Assembly (NCBI RefSeq): GCF_009914755.1
Contig: NC_060930.1
DNA from: the human T2T-CHM13v2.0 reference genome, Homo sapiens
DNA length: 64,000 nucleotides
Reading direction: 5' to 3' (one strand)
Part shown: in pieces, positions 63,821-64,000 of the stretch
How the letters are laid out: each line of letters opens with the position of its first letter
Numbering within the stretch: the first letter of the stretch is position 1
Position numbers and translations under genes: made by a program
The notes under the pieces: generated by a model
The model's input: the letters and a program-made list of their open reading frames with translations, nothing else
What the model was told of the DNA's origin: nothing
The model's database searches: none

Positions 63821-64000
63821 GGCCAGGAGTGGTGGCTCATGCCTGTAATCCCAACATTTTGGGAGGCCGAGGTGGGCAGATCACTTGAGGTCAGGAGTTT
63901 GAGATCAGCCTGGCCAACATGGTGAAACCCCATCTCTACGAAAAATACAAAAATTACCGAGGTGTAGTGGTGCACACCTGCAATCCCAGCTACTCTGGAG
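63821..64000 (+). mobile_element. AluS, truncated by window end
   Basis: GGCCAGG start, left arm and linker. Confidence 0.9.

Overview
Human genomic DNA recognisable as the TAB2 / SUMO4 / ZC3H12D locus (6q25.1), with the two main genes converging. The + strand carries the last two coding exons of TAB2 (982-1062 and 11423-11565, the latter encoding the NZF zinc finger) and its ~1.9 kb 3'UTR. The last TAB2 intron holds the intronless SUMO2-derived retrogene SUMO4 (CDS 2269-2556, Met55 allele), inserted with a clean target-site duplication into the endonuclease region of an old sense-strand L1. A ~36 kb repeat-rich intergenic stretch follows: full-length Tigger1, a decayed ERVL provirus with gag-pro-pol remnants, many Alus, L1s, a strong CTCF motif and a higher-order CAGT/CAGC tandem repeat. 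The - strand carries the last four coding exons of ZC3H12D (Regnase-4/MCPIP4) and its ~3 kb Alu-rich 3'UTR. Top hypotheses: (i) splice acceptors in the SUMO4 5' leader could join TAB2 exon 982-1062 to SUMO4, giving either an NZF-less TAB2 or an in-frame TAB2-SUMO4 fusion; (ii) an alternative acceptor inside the ZC3H12D 3'UTR predicts a 321-aa zinc-finger-less isoform and sits among inverted Alus. Exon boundaries and TSDs were read base by base; repeat subfamily names and some repeat boundaries are by eye and approximate.
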